Source: Bdellovibrionales bacterium (GTDB taxonomy: Bacteria; Bdellovibrionota; Bdellovibrionia; Bdellovibrionales; UBA1609). From it: 64,000 nucleotides of DNA. Positions 17,291 to 28,188 of this stretch are shown piece after piece. Within the stretch, counting starts at the first letter, position 1. Each line of letters opens with the position of its first letter. The stretch is taken from assembly GCA_965261545.1 (NCBI GenBank), contig CBDHDF010000011.1, positions 768,001-832,000 of the forward strand, in the 5' to 3' direction. Below the pieces are notes generated by a model that saw only the letters and a program-made list of their open reading frames with translations, was not told where the DNA came from and did not search any database. Made by a program: the position numbers and the translations under genes.

Positions 17291-20200
17291 GGGACTGTAA
17301 AAATAATTGTGTAACTGCAATTTTTTTCTTAAATCTTAAAGCCACTTATGTGGCTCCACTCCTGGTAAAAAGCACAGTCCCATATTATTCGTCAATGTAT
17401 AATTGACATTTTTTCCTTCAAGCGATTTTGTCAGTCAGAATGCATTATAAGTTAATGGGGAGGTGGACATCTTCGCTGGTCTATATAATTGGCCTCTTTA
17501 GTTACTCTGGACTTTTGATTGTATTATGGAGCCGTAATGGGATCATATCAGAACTGGAAAGAACTCAAATAAATAATTATCATCTTGGTTGAAAAAAAAT
17601 CAGCAATGGCTCTCTCAAAAAAATGGAAATTCCAATCTCATCAAAGGGTTCATGTGTTTAGGTTCCCATACTATATTACCCCCTTTTTTTTATTTTTTTT
17701 AACTTAGGATATTCGAGAAATACCAGAATTGGGATGAAATATGAAAAAAAATGGGAACCCAAATCTGCACCAAGAGGGCATGTATTTAGGTTCCCATACT
17801 ATATTACCCTAACCATAGTCTCGGTATTCCAGTACTTCTGTCAACGCCTTAGAGGGGCTTTTAAGCCCCCTTATAAGGCAGGTGGTGGACCTTATTAAAA
17901 AACTTAGTTGTCAAAACGGTCACCGTATTCAATGGCAAACCTGTTCATGGCTGGCTTCCAGTTGTGTAATGGTCGTGTCCATCGCTTAGAGGCCATTTTT
18001 ATCGCTAAATATACAACTTTTAAAGCCGACCGATCACTGGGAAATATCTTACGATTTCTGATCGCCTTGCGGATCACGCTATTTAACGACTCTATGGCGT
18101 TTGTGGTATAAAAAATCTTTCTGATTTCATCCGGATAATCGAAAATAGTGATGAGATTGTCCCAATTCCTACGCCAAGACTTTTCAATATTCGGATACTT
18201 TGAAGACCACTTGGTACAAAATTCCTCAAGGGCCTTTTCAGCTTCTGTCAGAGTCGTAGAGCCATAAATGGACTTGAGGTCTTGGGCGACAGCTTTCATA
18301 TCCTTGGAAGGAACATAGCGAAGGGAATTGCGGACCATATGGACAATGCACAGTTGTACTTTAGACTTGGGAAAAGCCGCTGAAATGGCTTGAGGAAAAC
18401 CTGTAAGACCATCTACAGAAAATATAAATACGTCTTTCAACCCTCGATTTTGCAGCTCAGTCAAAACACTCAACCAAAACTTTGAACCCTCATTTTCAGA
18501 AATCCATAGGCCCAACAAGTCTTTCTGACCCTCCTCTGTAATACCAAGAGCTAGGTAAATCGCCTTATTAATAACTCTCTTGTCTTGATGGACCTTCACC
18601 ACGATACAGTCCAAAAATACGATAGGGTAAGTGCTATCCAAGGGGCGGTTCTGCCAAGCCGTAACTTCATCAATAACAGCATCCGTCACGTTGGCTATCA
18701 CTGAGTGGGATATCTCTGCACCATGGTAGAGGTCTTTGATAGCTCCTTGAATCAATGCCGTTTCCTTAAGCCACCACACCCCTCTGCCTCTGCGTTAAGC
18801 TATTTCTTTTAAAAGAACTCCCAGCCCTTTTGATAGACCTTTCATAGCTTCTTTTGAAGTGCCTCCTCTTCTCCATTGAAATCTTCATCAGCAACTTTAT
18901 CTGCTTCCTAAATTTCTGATAGAGCCCCGCAACAAAAAGGGGGATGCTATCCATTATGAAATCAAGAATCAGTTTAAAGTTAGGTTTTTTGTAGTCATTT
19001 TTTACCAACTGATTCACACTGTCTTCATCCTCATTTATGCTCATTTGAATCTTTGTATAATTGAAGAGCCAAAAATAAGAATACAGCTCTTGCAATATTC
19101 CATTAAGGCTTGTTGAGTGCCACTGCTCCATTTTCATTGTCGATGTAAAATCACGAAATGTCGTTTCTATTTCCCAACGACGAGAGTAAAGAGCAACCAT
19201 ATCCTTCTTGTCCAAGGAGCCATGCGGAAGATTAGTGGCCAAAACAGAGAACTCCCCAGTCTTTGGGTTTTTATACTTATAGAGATGAATGACCACCCCC
19301 TCAATAACCATTTGTGAATACCAACCTGGGCCATTAAATAAATTTACGATGGGGATAAAAGTAGAGCCTCGCTTACAACGCGCAATAAAGAAGTTACTGG
19401 CTTGAGCATGGGCCTTAATAATCTCTGTAGATAAATAAAGCCTATCGTAGAGAGTTATGCTATTACTCTCAAAACTACCTATCATTTGAATAGCATTGGC
19501 GATTTCGTTGAGAGCGGGAGAATAGCAAAGATTCTTTGTCACACCCGATAAAACGTCATAAGCATGAGATAGATACATACGTAAGAAATGAGTTTCCATC
19601 TCATTTGGGCAAGGGTACCCACAATAACCCTCCTTTAAAAGATCTTTAGAGCGAGGAAGTGCTAATTGGTCGCCATCTATGGCATAGATATAAAAACCAT
19701 GAAACGTTTTTCTCAATGGTTCGTAGTCTGTAATCAGAGATTCAAAGATATCTTTGAAAAATAGGTAAGAAATACTTTGACGTATCTTGCTGAGACTGCT
19801 TTTGACTGGCATGAGAAGCAGGTCACCAAAATGAGTCCATACCGTCTTAAGAGCGATTTGGTAGCCTTCGTAATTTGTTCCGGAAATAAGATAGATAATG
19901 GTAAAAAAGAAAATTTGAGGATTAAATTTTCGATTCCTTTTTTGTTTTTCTGGATCGACAAGGTGCTCTGGCTTGAAGGAAGAATCAAGTTTTGGTAGAA
20001 TAAAATGGTCATCTGTGACGCGAACTCGTCATTTGGGGGCTTTCGAGATCAATATTGGATTGCATGTGACTTACTCCTTGGTTGAGGGTTGGGTGTAAAA
20101 TAAAACAAGTCTTATTCTTGTCGATTTATCTAATGATTTCAAGAGATTTTTCTTAAGGAAACGGCATTGCTCCTTGAATATCCCTGGTCGTCATTCCCCT

Positions 20201-20606
20201 CGCATAGAGGGTCAGAATACTGTCTTCAAAGCCCTCAAGACGAGTCTTGCCTTTGGGAATGACTTGGGGCTCAAAGGAGGCACTTCGGTCACGGGGGACC
20301 TGAAGCTCCACCTCGCCTTTCTCTCCCTTTATGGTCTTTCTACTGTAACCATTGCGAGTGTTGGATTTGCGGGTCTCAGACTTCTCATGCCTCTCATAAC
20401 CTAGGTGATCGTCCATTTCCGCATTAAGAGCTGTCTCTAAAACAACCTTCATCAGTTGACCCGTTATGTCGGATAAATCCTTTTGGGTCTTGACGTTCTT
20501 CGCTAGTTCCTTGCCTATTGTCTTGATATCCATTTTGCCTTCTCCTTTCAGGATGATAGTTCATCCTAATATGATTCGGCAGTTACACAAAATAGTTTAC
20601 AGGCTC
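17291..20606 (-). mobile_element. IS256-family element, copy 1 (1889 bp), transposase split by IS4-A
   Basis: Imperfect 28-bp IRs GGGACTGTAAAAATAATTGTGTAACTGC / GAGCCTGTAAACTATTTTGTGTAACTGC. The tnp halves are 17904-18752 and 20170-20533. No TSD. Confidence 0.92.
18753..20169 (-). mobile_element. IS4-A copy 2
   Basis: Same IRs; 10-bp TSD CTCCTTGAAT; transposase ORF at 18766-19812. Confidence 0.95.
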
Positions 20607-21964
20607 TCTATGCCATTTTTCTGGCAAGTCAGGAGAAAGCTTCGGTTTCTACAAAATGTCTTGGCTCCCATCAACGAACGAAAGCACCCAGATATTTTCT
20701 GCTGAACTTTGGTCATTCTCAGATCATTTTCTGCTATATTATTCGTAAATGGAACTATGGGGTCCTTCATAAATAGCAAGGTATCATCTTCAAAGTTTCT
20801 CAGTCGATCTAGTAAATTTCTAGATTTGGATTGTTTAACCTTTCCCTTCTTTTTTTTCTCTGTCCTCTCCATTAATGGAGATTCCTTTTCCCCTTCGAAG
20901 AGAATATTTCGATATTTCTCTTTGTAATATTCAATTCGGTCTTGTGAAAGGCATTGGTTCTGCGTATCGTGCACCTCTTTGTTTATTGTCTCTAAAAGAG
21001 ACTTCATTTCTTTTGCCCATTTTTGATCATCTTGCTCCCAAGCTCTTTGAAGCTCCCTTAAATGGTGCGCATTGCAAAGGGCATGAATGCAGGAAGTATA
21101 TGTATAATAAGGTTTCCAATGGTCATGACAAACAATCCCTGTGTATTTTGGAAGAATTCCCATGCGATCCATAGCCTCTGCGCCTCTTTTTTCGTCCACC
21201 TGATAGAGAACCACAGTATCATTGGACAAGAGGTGAAACCACAGCCTCTTCCCATTAACATTCACTCCAGTTTCGTCAGCATGAATCAAAGGTGAGTTCA
21301 GAAGAGTTTCCTTTGCCCACTCCTCAAAAGCTTCCAGAGCCTCAAAGGCAGATTTGTTAAAATTGTGTACCGTAGATCCAGCAAGCGATAGACCCCATTG
21401 ATTAAAGTAACTTGCGACTCGAAGATGAGGGATTAACTGAAACTGGGACATATAAACTGAGTGAGCTTTCACAGAAGGGCCATATTGAGTTGGGTTATTG
21501 ATTCCTTCTGGAAAACCTGCAACCCACTGATTCCCATCTTGGTCTTCGAGGATTTCTCCTTGATACTCCGTGACATGCACAGAAAGGTCTACCTCAAATA
21601 CTTGACGCTTTTCAACTCCAGAAGAAATGTAATCACCTGGAGGAAGTTCCTCTTTATTAATAGAAATGAACTCCACCTTGTCTGGAGTATCCACGGGTTT
21701 TAAAGTAGCTCCTTCGTGTCCGGGTTGTCCTCCTGGCTTCTTACCAGTTTCTTCCTTAGGTTTCTTTTTAGGGCCATTCGGATCTTGAGAAGGGGCAATA
21801 CTACTGTTTTGACTATTTAATTTTTTTTGATTTACTAGAATAGTGATGATTTTGATCAACAACTCAATGGCCACAATAAAAGCGGGAGAAAGGGACTTCT
21901 CTTTCTTAAGAAGCTTCCTGATTTTATTTATGGCTGAAGACACGTCAATATTTTCTATTTTCAT
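20597..21964 (-). CDS. IS66 TnpC-like transposase, C-terminally clipped
   Basis: NSSIAPS, GGQPGH, HADETG, CNAHHLREL and PFTNNIAENDLRMTKVQQKISGCFRS motifs. The stop codon is supplied by the IS256 end. Confidence 0.88.
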   Translation of the reverse strand: MKIENIDVSSAINKIRKLLKKEKSLSPAFIVAIELLIKIITILVNQKKLNSQNSSIAPSQDPNGPKKKPKEETGKKPGGQPGHEGATLKPVDTPDKVEFISINKEELPPGDYISSGVEKRQVFEVDLSVHVTEYQGEILEDQDGNQWVAGFPEGINNPTQYGPSVKAHSVYMSQFQLIPHLRVASYFNQWGLSLAGSTVHNFNKSAFEALEAFEEWAKETLLNSPLIHADETGVNVNGKRLWFHLLSNDTVVLYQVDEKRGAEAMDRMGILPKYTGIVCHDHWKPYYTYTSCIHALCNAHHLRELQRAWEQDDQKWAKEMKSLLETINKEVHDTQNQCLSQDRIEYYKEKYRNILFEGEKESPLMERTEKKKKGKVKQSKSRNLLDRLRNFEDDTLLFMKDPIVPFTNNIAENDLRMTKVQQKISGCFRSLMGAKTFCRNRSFLLTCQKNGIESL

Positions 21965-22238
21965 ACTTACCTTATGAAAATATTAACATGCCTTTTTTTC
22001 ATTAAAAAAAATGCACTAGGATTCGTTCTAAGAAGCAAAAGGAATGAGAAGTGCCCCCCGCGACCTATGTTTCACAATCTTTCAATACTATGGCTCTCAG
22101 AGAGTTTAAGGCATATGCAGGAACATATTCGATAAAGAACAAATGAAAGAGGTCGTTTGCTTCAAAAACTTGTCAAGAATTTTTATACTTTTTTTAAAAA
22201 AATTGTTCGAATTAATGCGGCACCCCCTGAATAGTTAC
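20607..22238 (-). mobile_element. IS66-family (ISBst12-like, single ORF) element, right end removed by IS256
   Basis: Left terminus GTAACTATTCAG at 22238. The element runs directly into the IS256 end at 20606. Confidence 0.85.
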
Positions 22239-22410
22239 TTTTCTTGTAGACTTTGATCTTAAAGACCCCCAAATTAACGGTATTGACTTCATCAAGAAAA
22301 ACAAGCTCCAACACATTTCCTTACTTGTCACCAGCAACTACAGCGATCCCACCTTGATCAAAGAGTGCGAGCAAAGCCAAATCCGTATCCTACCCAAGGT
22401 TCTTGTTTAG
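22239..22410 (+). pseudogene. 3' remnant of a receiver-like domain (hybrid kinase / response regulator)
   Basis: Reads FLVDFDLKDPQINGIDFIK...SLLVTSNY...LPKVLV*, a D...G...T...K receiver pattern, cut by the IS66 end. Confidence 0.6.
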
Positions 22411-22845
22411 CTGCTTTCAAGTAGGTTTTCTATAGTTTTCTTCCTTTTGCTTGAAAGAGTATAGTTCCTTGCTTGTCATTATATTGAAAAATTTAAAAAA
22501 TTCGAGCGTAATTTTACTCCATCCATCTTAAGCACTGTGAGACAGGGTCACAACAGACATAGACTTAGGAATTAAAACTGGACTTCAAGGCTTAATTCTT
22601 GGTTTTGGCTTCGCCAGGTTAGGGATATATTTGTTAATCTTCAACCGGACCGATCATCAAGGTCTAGATTTATAAATCAAAGTTAAACATTAAACCATAG
22701 AGTAGTAAGATGATTTTTGGTAATTTAGTAAAACGCTCATGAATTTCCCATTTATATCGTCTTGCAATTTTGATACGATCGACCAGGGAATCTAAAGATG
22801 ATACCTATTTAAATGGTAGGTGGGGTTAAATTTCAAATCTTATAG

Positions 22846-25098
22846 GTGTTAAAACTTGTGCAATCAAAATCAAAGGGTGTAACTTACTACGCTCACACAT
22901 CTGAAACTGAAACCGGAGACTCTAATCCGGATAAATTGAGCTGGAACCTACTTGCTAAACACTTACGTAATGTGGGGATTAAGGCAGAAAAATTTGCAGA
23001 ACCTTTGCTCGCTAATGCGGCTAAACAAGCTGGATTGCTTCATGACTTAGGTAAGTATCGAATTCAATTTCAAGAATATTTAGAAGGTAAAATTCCAGGG
23101 TCAGAAAACACTCACCATGCAGTATATGGTGCCGCCTTGTGTTTTAAAAGAGGTTGGGTGGGGCCATCTTTTGCCATTGCTGGACACCATGCAGGCTTGC
23201 ATAATCGGAGTGATTTAAAGAAGTTGGTTTGTGGAAAAAAATACAGCGCCATGGATCAACTAAGTTCTTTGGAAGAGTTGTTTGAAACTGAATTGGAAAA
23301 GATACCCAGTGAACTAAATGAACCAGAATTTGCTAAAAAGGAAGACAAAGCTATTGCTGAATTCTATGTGCGCATGTTATTTTCTTGCTTAGTAGACGCA
23401 GACTTTTTAGATACGGAGCAGTTCAAAAATCGACGGGAACGATGTCCTTTGAAAATAGATTCTGAGTTAATGTTGAAAAGATTGCAAACGCATCATAGTA
23501 AGTTTGACTCTTCAAGAGAAATCAATCAGTTACGTAGTGGTATATTTCAAGACTGTTTAAGAAAGGCAGCAGAGCCAAGAGGATTTTTTTCCCTGACCGT
23601 ACCCACAGGGGGTGGCAAAACCTTCTCCAGTATGGCCTTTGCTGTAGAGCATGTACGGCGTCACAAAATGCAAAGAATCATAGTAGTGATACCTTACTTG
23701 TCAATTATAGAGCAAAATGCCTCTGAATATAGAAGAGTATTAGATCCAGAAAATAAAGGTATCGTTATTGAAGATCATTCGTCAGTGGGTTCCAAGGATG
23801 ACGAGGAAGAACAAGGACGAACTCTAGAGGAGATGGCAGCAGAAAATTGGGAAGCACCCATAATTGTCACTACTTCGGTACAATTTATCGAATCGCTCTT
23901 CTCGAATCGAACCTCAAAGTGTCGAAAGCTACACAATATTGCAAACTCTGTGGTGCTGTTGGATGAAGTACAGACGCTTCCTTCTCATTTGCTTGATCCG
24001 CTTCTACATGTGCTGCGAGATCTCAAGGAAAATTATCGCACGAGTTTTGTTTTATCTACTGCCACTCAGCCTTCTTTTAAATACAGTACGTCGTTAAAGA
24101 ATGGTTTTAAGGCAAGAGAGTTGCAAGAAATTGTTTCACAGCCTGACAAACTATTTCAAAGACTAAGACGAGTAACCTACGAAGTGAGGTCTGAAACAAA
24201 TGATTGGCCAGAGTTAGCCGAAGAGTGGGAGACCTGCCCTCAAGTCCTAGGGGTGGTCAACACTCGTAAGCAAGCAGTTGCATGGTGGGAGTTCTTGAGG
24301 AATCGTCACTTGAAAGGCATTTTCCATCTTTCTTCAGCTATGTGTGCTGATCACCGGACTGAGGTTCTAGGAAAGGTGAAACGGTGTTTGGAAAACAAAA
24401 AGTCTTGCAGACTAGTAGCTACACAGGTAATCGAAGCAGGGGTAGACATTGACTTTCCATTGGTTTATCGAGCTTTGGGGCCGCTAGATTCGATTGTACA
24501 AGCCGCTGGACGGTGCAATCGTGAAGGGCGGTTGAAAAAGGGGCGCATGATTGTTTTTAAACCAACAGATGCCAAATTGCCCAAGGGTGTGTATTCTGTA
24601 GCCACAAACATCACGGCACGATTGCTAAGCCAGCCGAAACATTTATCTACGGATGATTTATCTAGAGATCCGTCTCTGTTCAGCTGTTACTTTAACGAGT
24701 TGTTTCAATATGTACCAACAGATCATCAACATAGAAGAGAATCTTCCATTCAAGAGGATCGAGAGGCATTGCGTTTTCGTGACGTAGCTGGCAAGGCAAG
24801 AGTTATTACTGATGATACTCAACCTGTAATTGCTCCAAGGGTGAAGGCTTTAGAAGAAGTGAACAAAATACGAAAACGCCCCCAAGCAAGTAGTTCTCGC
24901 TTTACTCGTGGGGATTTACGCAACTTACAACGATTTATGGTGAACCTACATAGAAGAGACTTCCAGCAGCTAAATACAATGGAACTGCTTCACCCACTTT
25001 TGCCCGGTATGGAGCTATGTGTGTTAGATAAAGCAGCTTACCATGAATACCTTGGTGTAATTATTGACCAGCGACCAACTGAGGACTTCTTATTATGA
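22846..25098 (+). CDS. cas3: CRISPR type I Cas3 HD nuclease-helicase
   Basis: YAH, LHDLGK, HHAG and LVDAD (HD domain); VPTGGGKT, DEVQ, STAT and QAAGRCNREG (SF2 helicase). Confidence 0.96.
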   Translation: MLKLVQSKSKGVTYYAHTSETETGDSNPDKLSWNLLAKHLRNVGIKAEKFAEPLLANAAKQAGLLHDLGKYRIQFQEYLEGKIPGSENTHHAVYGAALCFKRGWVGPSFAIAGHHAGLHNRSDLKKLVCGKKYSAMDQLSSLEELFETELEKIPSELNEPEFAKKEDKAIAEFYVRMLFSCLVDADFLDTEQFKNRRERCPLKIDSELMLKRLQTHHSKFDSSREINQLRSGIFQDCLRKAAEPRGFFSLTVPTGGGKTFSSMAFAVEHVRRHKMQRIIVVIPYLSIIEQNASEYRRVLDPENKGIVIEDHSSVGSKDDEEEQGRTLEEMAAENWEAPIIVTTSVQFIESLFSNRTSKCRKLHNIANSVVLLDEVQTLPSHLLDPLLHVLRDLKENYRTSFVLSTATQPSFKYSTSLKNGFKARELQEIVSQPDKLFQRLRRVTYEVRSETNDWPELAEEWETCPQVLGVVNTRKQAVAWWEFLRNRHLKGIFHLSSAMCADHRTEVLGKVKRCLENKKSCRLVATQVIEAGVDIDFPLVYRALGPLDSIVQAAGRCNREGRLKKGRMIVFKPTDAKLPKGVYSVATNITARLLSQPKHLSTDDLSRDPSLFSCYFNELFQYVPTDHQHRRESSIQEDREALRFRDVAGKARVITDDTQPVIAPRVKALEEVNKIRKRPQASSSRFTRGDLRNLQRFMVNLHRRDFQQLNTMELLHPLLPGMELCVLDKAAYHEYLGVIIDQRPTEDFLL

Positions 25099-25850
25099 AA
25101 GACCACTATGCTATACACCTGAGAGTTTGGGGCGACTGGGCTTGCTTTACTCGCCCTGAAATGAAAGTCGAGCGTGTTAGTTATCCAGTTATGACACCTT
25201 CTGCCGCTCGGGGTATCTTGGAGGCCGTTTTCTGGGAACCACAAGTCTGTTATTACATTGATACTATCCGGGTGGTAAAACGTGGTCTTTGGACTTCAAT
25301 TCGGAGAAATGAAGTGCAAGCAGTCATCAGCATGAAAAATATTTGTCAATGGATGGTAAAGCCAGAGAATTCCTCACCAATTCAGGTAGAAAGCAATCGT
25401 ACTCAGCGCAACATGTTGGCACTGCAAGAGGTGGAGTACATCATTAGTGCTGAATTACATACCACGTCTTTAGCGAACCCCAAGAAAGACTCCTCATTAA
25501 AGTATTTTTCTGAGTTCAAGCGTCGTGCCCAGCAAGGCAAATGTTTTCACCGACCTGCCTTAGGTATGCGTGAATTTGCTGCGGATTTTGAATGGGTAAG
25601 TGATCCTAAGATAGCCTGGAAACAACGAGCCAATGAACTGAGCATAAATTGTCAACAGCCCGATGAAGACTTAGGCTTGATGCTCTATGATGTTTTTTCA
25701 CCGACAAATCGTATCCATGGTTTTCGTTGGGGCCAACACAATGAATTTATTGGTAAGCTAGTCAAACCTAAGCCTTATTTTTTTCACGCTAAAATTAAAG
25801 ACTCCACTTTGACTTGTCATCCTAATCAAATCGAAATACTTAACCAATGA
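25095..25850 (+). CDS. cas5c: Type I-C Cas5c (Cas5d)
   Basis: GDWACFTRPEMKVERVSYPVMTPSAARGILEAVFW, RRNEV and GKCFHRPALGMREF motifs. Confidence 0.96.
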   Translation: MKDHYAIHLRVWGDWACFTRPEMKVERVSYPVMTPSAARGILEAVFWEPQVCYYIDTIRVVKRGLWTSIRRNEVQAVISMKNICQWMVKPENSSPIQVESNRTQRNMLALQEVEYIISAELHTTSLANPKKDSSLKYFSEFKRRAQQGKCFHRPALGMREFAADFEWVSDPKIAWKQRANELSINCQQPDEDLGLMLYDVFSPTNRIHGFRWGQHNEFIGKLVKPKPYFFHAKIKDSTLTCHPNQIEILNQ

Positions 25851-25854
25851 AGAG

Positions 25855-26299
25855 TTGCTAATGCTATTAAAATATTTGAATGATTTTTCAATTTCTCGAA
25901 ATCTTCTTGATGACTTGGCTTTTACACGTAAGGAAGTGCGCTGGATCATTACTTTAGATGAGGCTGGAAACCTCATTGGAGAAGGACCAGTGGAAACTGA
26001 GGGAGGAAAGAACCAGGGTAAGGCATTCGAATGTCCAAGGATACTGGGCTCCAAAGTGGCCGGTGGTGTGGCTGAGTTCTTGGTAGATAGCATTACAGCC
26101 GTGTTTGCTTTAGACACAAACTTAGAAGAATTAGGAAAAAAAGAAGAGAAGAAGCGGGAGAAGCGGCAGGAAAACAATCGTAAGAAGTATGATAATTTCT
26201 GGGCACAGATTGAAAGAGCCCAGCAGCAAACTTTCAACTCATTACTAAAAAGCCTATTGACCTTCAAGTCCAAGATAGCAGGAAAAGAGCCATCCTTTT
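25855..26299 (+). pseudogene. cas8c: Cas8c (Csd1) 5' fragment, truncated by IS256
   Basis: Lies after cas5c and has a WII-x-LD-x-x-G-x-L...P-R...FL-x-D N-terminal pattern. Only ~148 codons precede the IS end. Confidence 0.8.
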
Positions 26300-28188
26300 G
26301 GGACTGTAAAAATAATTGTGTAACTGCAATTTTTTTCTTAAATCTTAAAGCCACTTATGTGGCTCCACTCCTGGTAAAAAGCACAGTCCCATATTATTCG
26401 TCAATGTATAATTGACATTTTTTCCTTCAAGCGATTTTGTCAGTCACAATGCATTATAAGTTAATGGGGAGGTGGACATCTTCGCTGGTCTATATAATTG
26501 GCCTCTTTAGTTACTCTGGACTTTTGATTGTATTATGGAGCCGTAATGGGATCATATCAGAACTGGAAAGAACTCAAATAAATAATTATCATCTTGGTTG
26601 AAAAAAAATCAGCAATGGCTCTCTCAAAAAAATGGAAATTCCAATCTCATCAAAGGGTTCATGTGTTTAGGTTCCCATACTATATTACCCCCTTTTTTTT
26701 ATTTTTTTTAACTTAGGATATTCGAGAAATACCAGAATTGGGATGAAATATGAAAAAAAATGGGAACCCAAATCTGCACCAAGAGGGCATGTATTTAGGT
26801 TCCCATACTATATTACCCTAACCATAGTCTCGGTATTCCAGTACTTCTGTCAACGCCTTAGAGGGGCTTTTAAGCCCCCTTATAAGGCAGGTGGTGGACC
26901 TTATTAAAAAACTTAGTTGTCAAAACGGTCACCGTATTCAATGGCAAACCTGTTCATGGCTGGCTTCCAGTTGTGTAATGGTCGTGTCCATCGCTTAGAG
27001 GCCATTTTTATCGCTAAATATACAACTTTTAAAGCCGACCGATCACTGGGAAATATCTTACGATTTCTGATCGCCTTGCGGATCACGCTATTTAACGACT
27101 CTATGGCGTTTGTGGTATAAAAAATCTTTCTGATTTCATCCGGATAATCGAAAATAGTGATGAGATTGTCCCAATTCCTACGCCAAGACTTTTCAATATT
27201 CGGATACTTTGAAGACCACTTGGTACAAAATTCCTCAAGGGCCTTTTCAGCTTCTGTCAGAGTCGTAGAGCCATAAATGGACTTGAGGTCTTGGGCGACA
27301 GCTTTCATATCCTTGGAAGGAACATAGCGAAGGGAATTGCGGACCATATGGACAATGCACAGTTGTACTTTAGACTTGGGAAAAGCCGCTGAAATGGCTT
27401 GAGGAAAACCTGTAAGACCATCTACAGAAAATATAAATACGTCTTTCAACCCTCGATTTTGCAGCTCAGTCAAAACACTCAACCAAAACTTTGAACCCTC
27501 ATTTTCAGAAATCCATAGGCCCAACAAGTCTTTCTGACCCTCCTCTGTAATACCAAGAGCTAGGTAAATCGCCTTATTAATAACTCTCTTGTCTTGATGG
27601 ACCTTCACCACGATACAGTCCAAAAATACGATAGGGTAAGTGCTATCCAAGGGGCGGTTCTGCCAAGCCGTAACTTCATCAATAACAGCATCCGTCACGT
27701 TGGCTATCACTGAGTGGGATATCTCTGCACCATGGTAGAGGTCTTTGATAGCTCCTTGAATATCCCTGGTCGTCATTCCCCTCGCATAGAGGGTCAGAAT
27801 ACTGTCTTCAAAGCCCTCAAGACGAGTCTTGCCTTTGGGAATGACTTGGGGCTCAAAGGAGGCACTTCGGTCACGGGGGACCTGAAGCTCCACCTCGCCT
27901 TTCTCTCCCTTTATGGTCTTTCTACTGTAACCATTGCGAGTGTTGGATTTGCGGGTCTCAGACTTCTCATGCCTCTCATAACCTAGGTGATCGTCCATTT
28001 CCGCATTAAGAGCTGTCTCTAAAACAACCTTCATCAGTTGACCCGTTATGTCGGATAAATCCTTTTGGGTCTTGACGTTCTTCGCTAGTTCCTTGCCTAT
28101 TGTCTTGATATCCATTTTGCCTTCTCCTTTCAGGATGATAGTTCATCCTAATATGATTCGGCAGTTACACAAAATAGTTTACAGGCTC
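26300..28188 (-). mobile_element. IS256-family element, copy 2 (intact)
   Basis: Near-identical to copy 1; no TSD. Confidence 0.94.
26913..28115 (-). CDS. IS256-family transposase
   Basis: RNGY, VPRDR, LYARGMTTRDI, FLDC, VDGL, QLCIVHMVRN and TTNAIESLN motifs. Confidence 0.96.
   Translation of the reverse strand: MDIKTIGKELAKNVKTQKDLSDITGQLMKVVLETALNAEMDDHLGYERHEKSETRKSNTRNGYSRKTIKGEKGEVELQVPRDRSASFEPQVIPKGKTRLEGFEDSILTLYARGMTTRDIQGAIKDLYHGAEISHSVIANVTDAVIDEVTAWQNRPLDSTYPIVFLDCIVVKVHQDKRVINKAIYLALGITEEGQKDLLGLWISENEGSKFWLSVLTELQNRGLKDVFIFSVDGLTGFPQAISAAFPKSKVQLCIVHMVRNSLRYVPSKDMKAVAQDLKSIYGSTTLTEAEKALEEFCTKWSSKYPNIEKSWRRNWDNLITIFDYPDEIRKIFYTTNAIESLNSVIRKAIRNRKIFPSDRSALKVVYLAIKMASKRWTRPLHNWKPAMNRFAIEYGDRFDN

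Noticed and set aside
16604..22238. One large IS66 composite bounded by GTAAC ends at 16604 and 22238
   Set aside because: The flanks ACTTTCTC and TTTTCTTG are not an 8-bp duplication, so the two ends cannot be shown to belong together.
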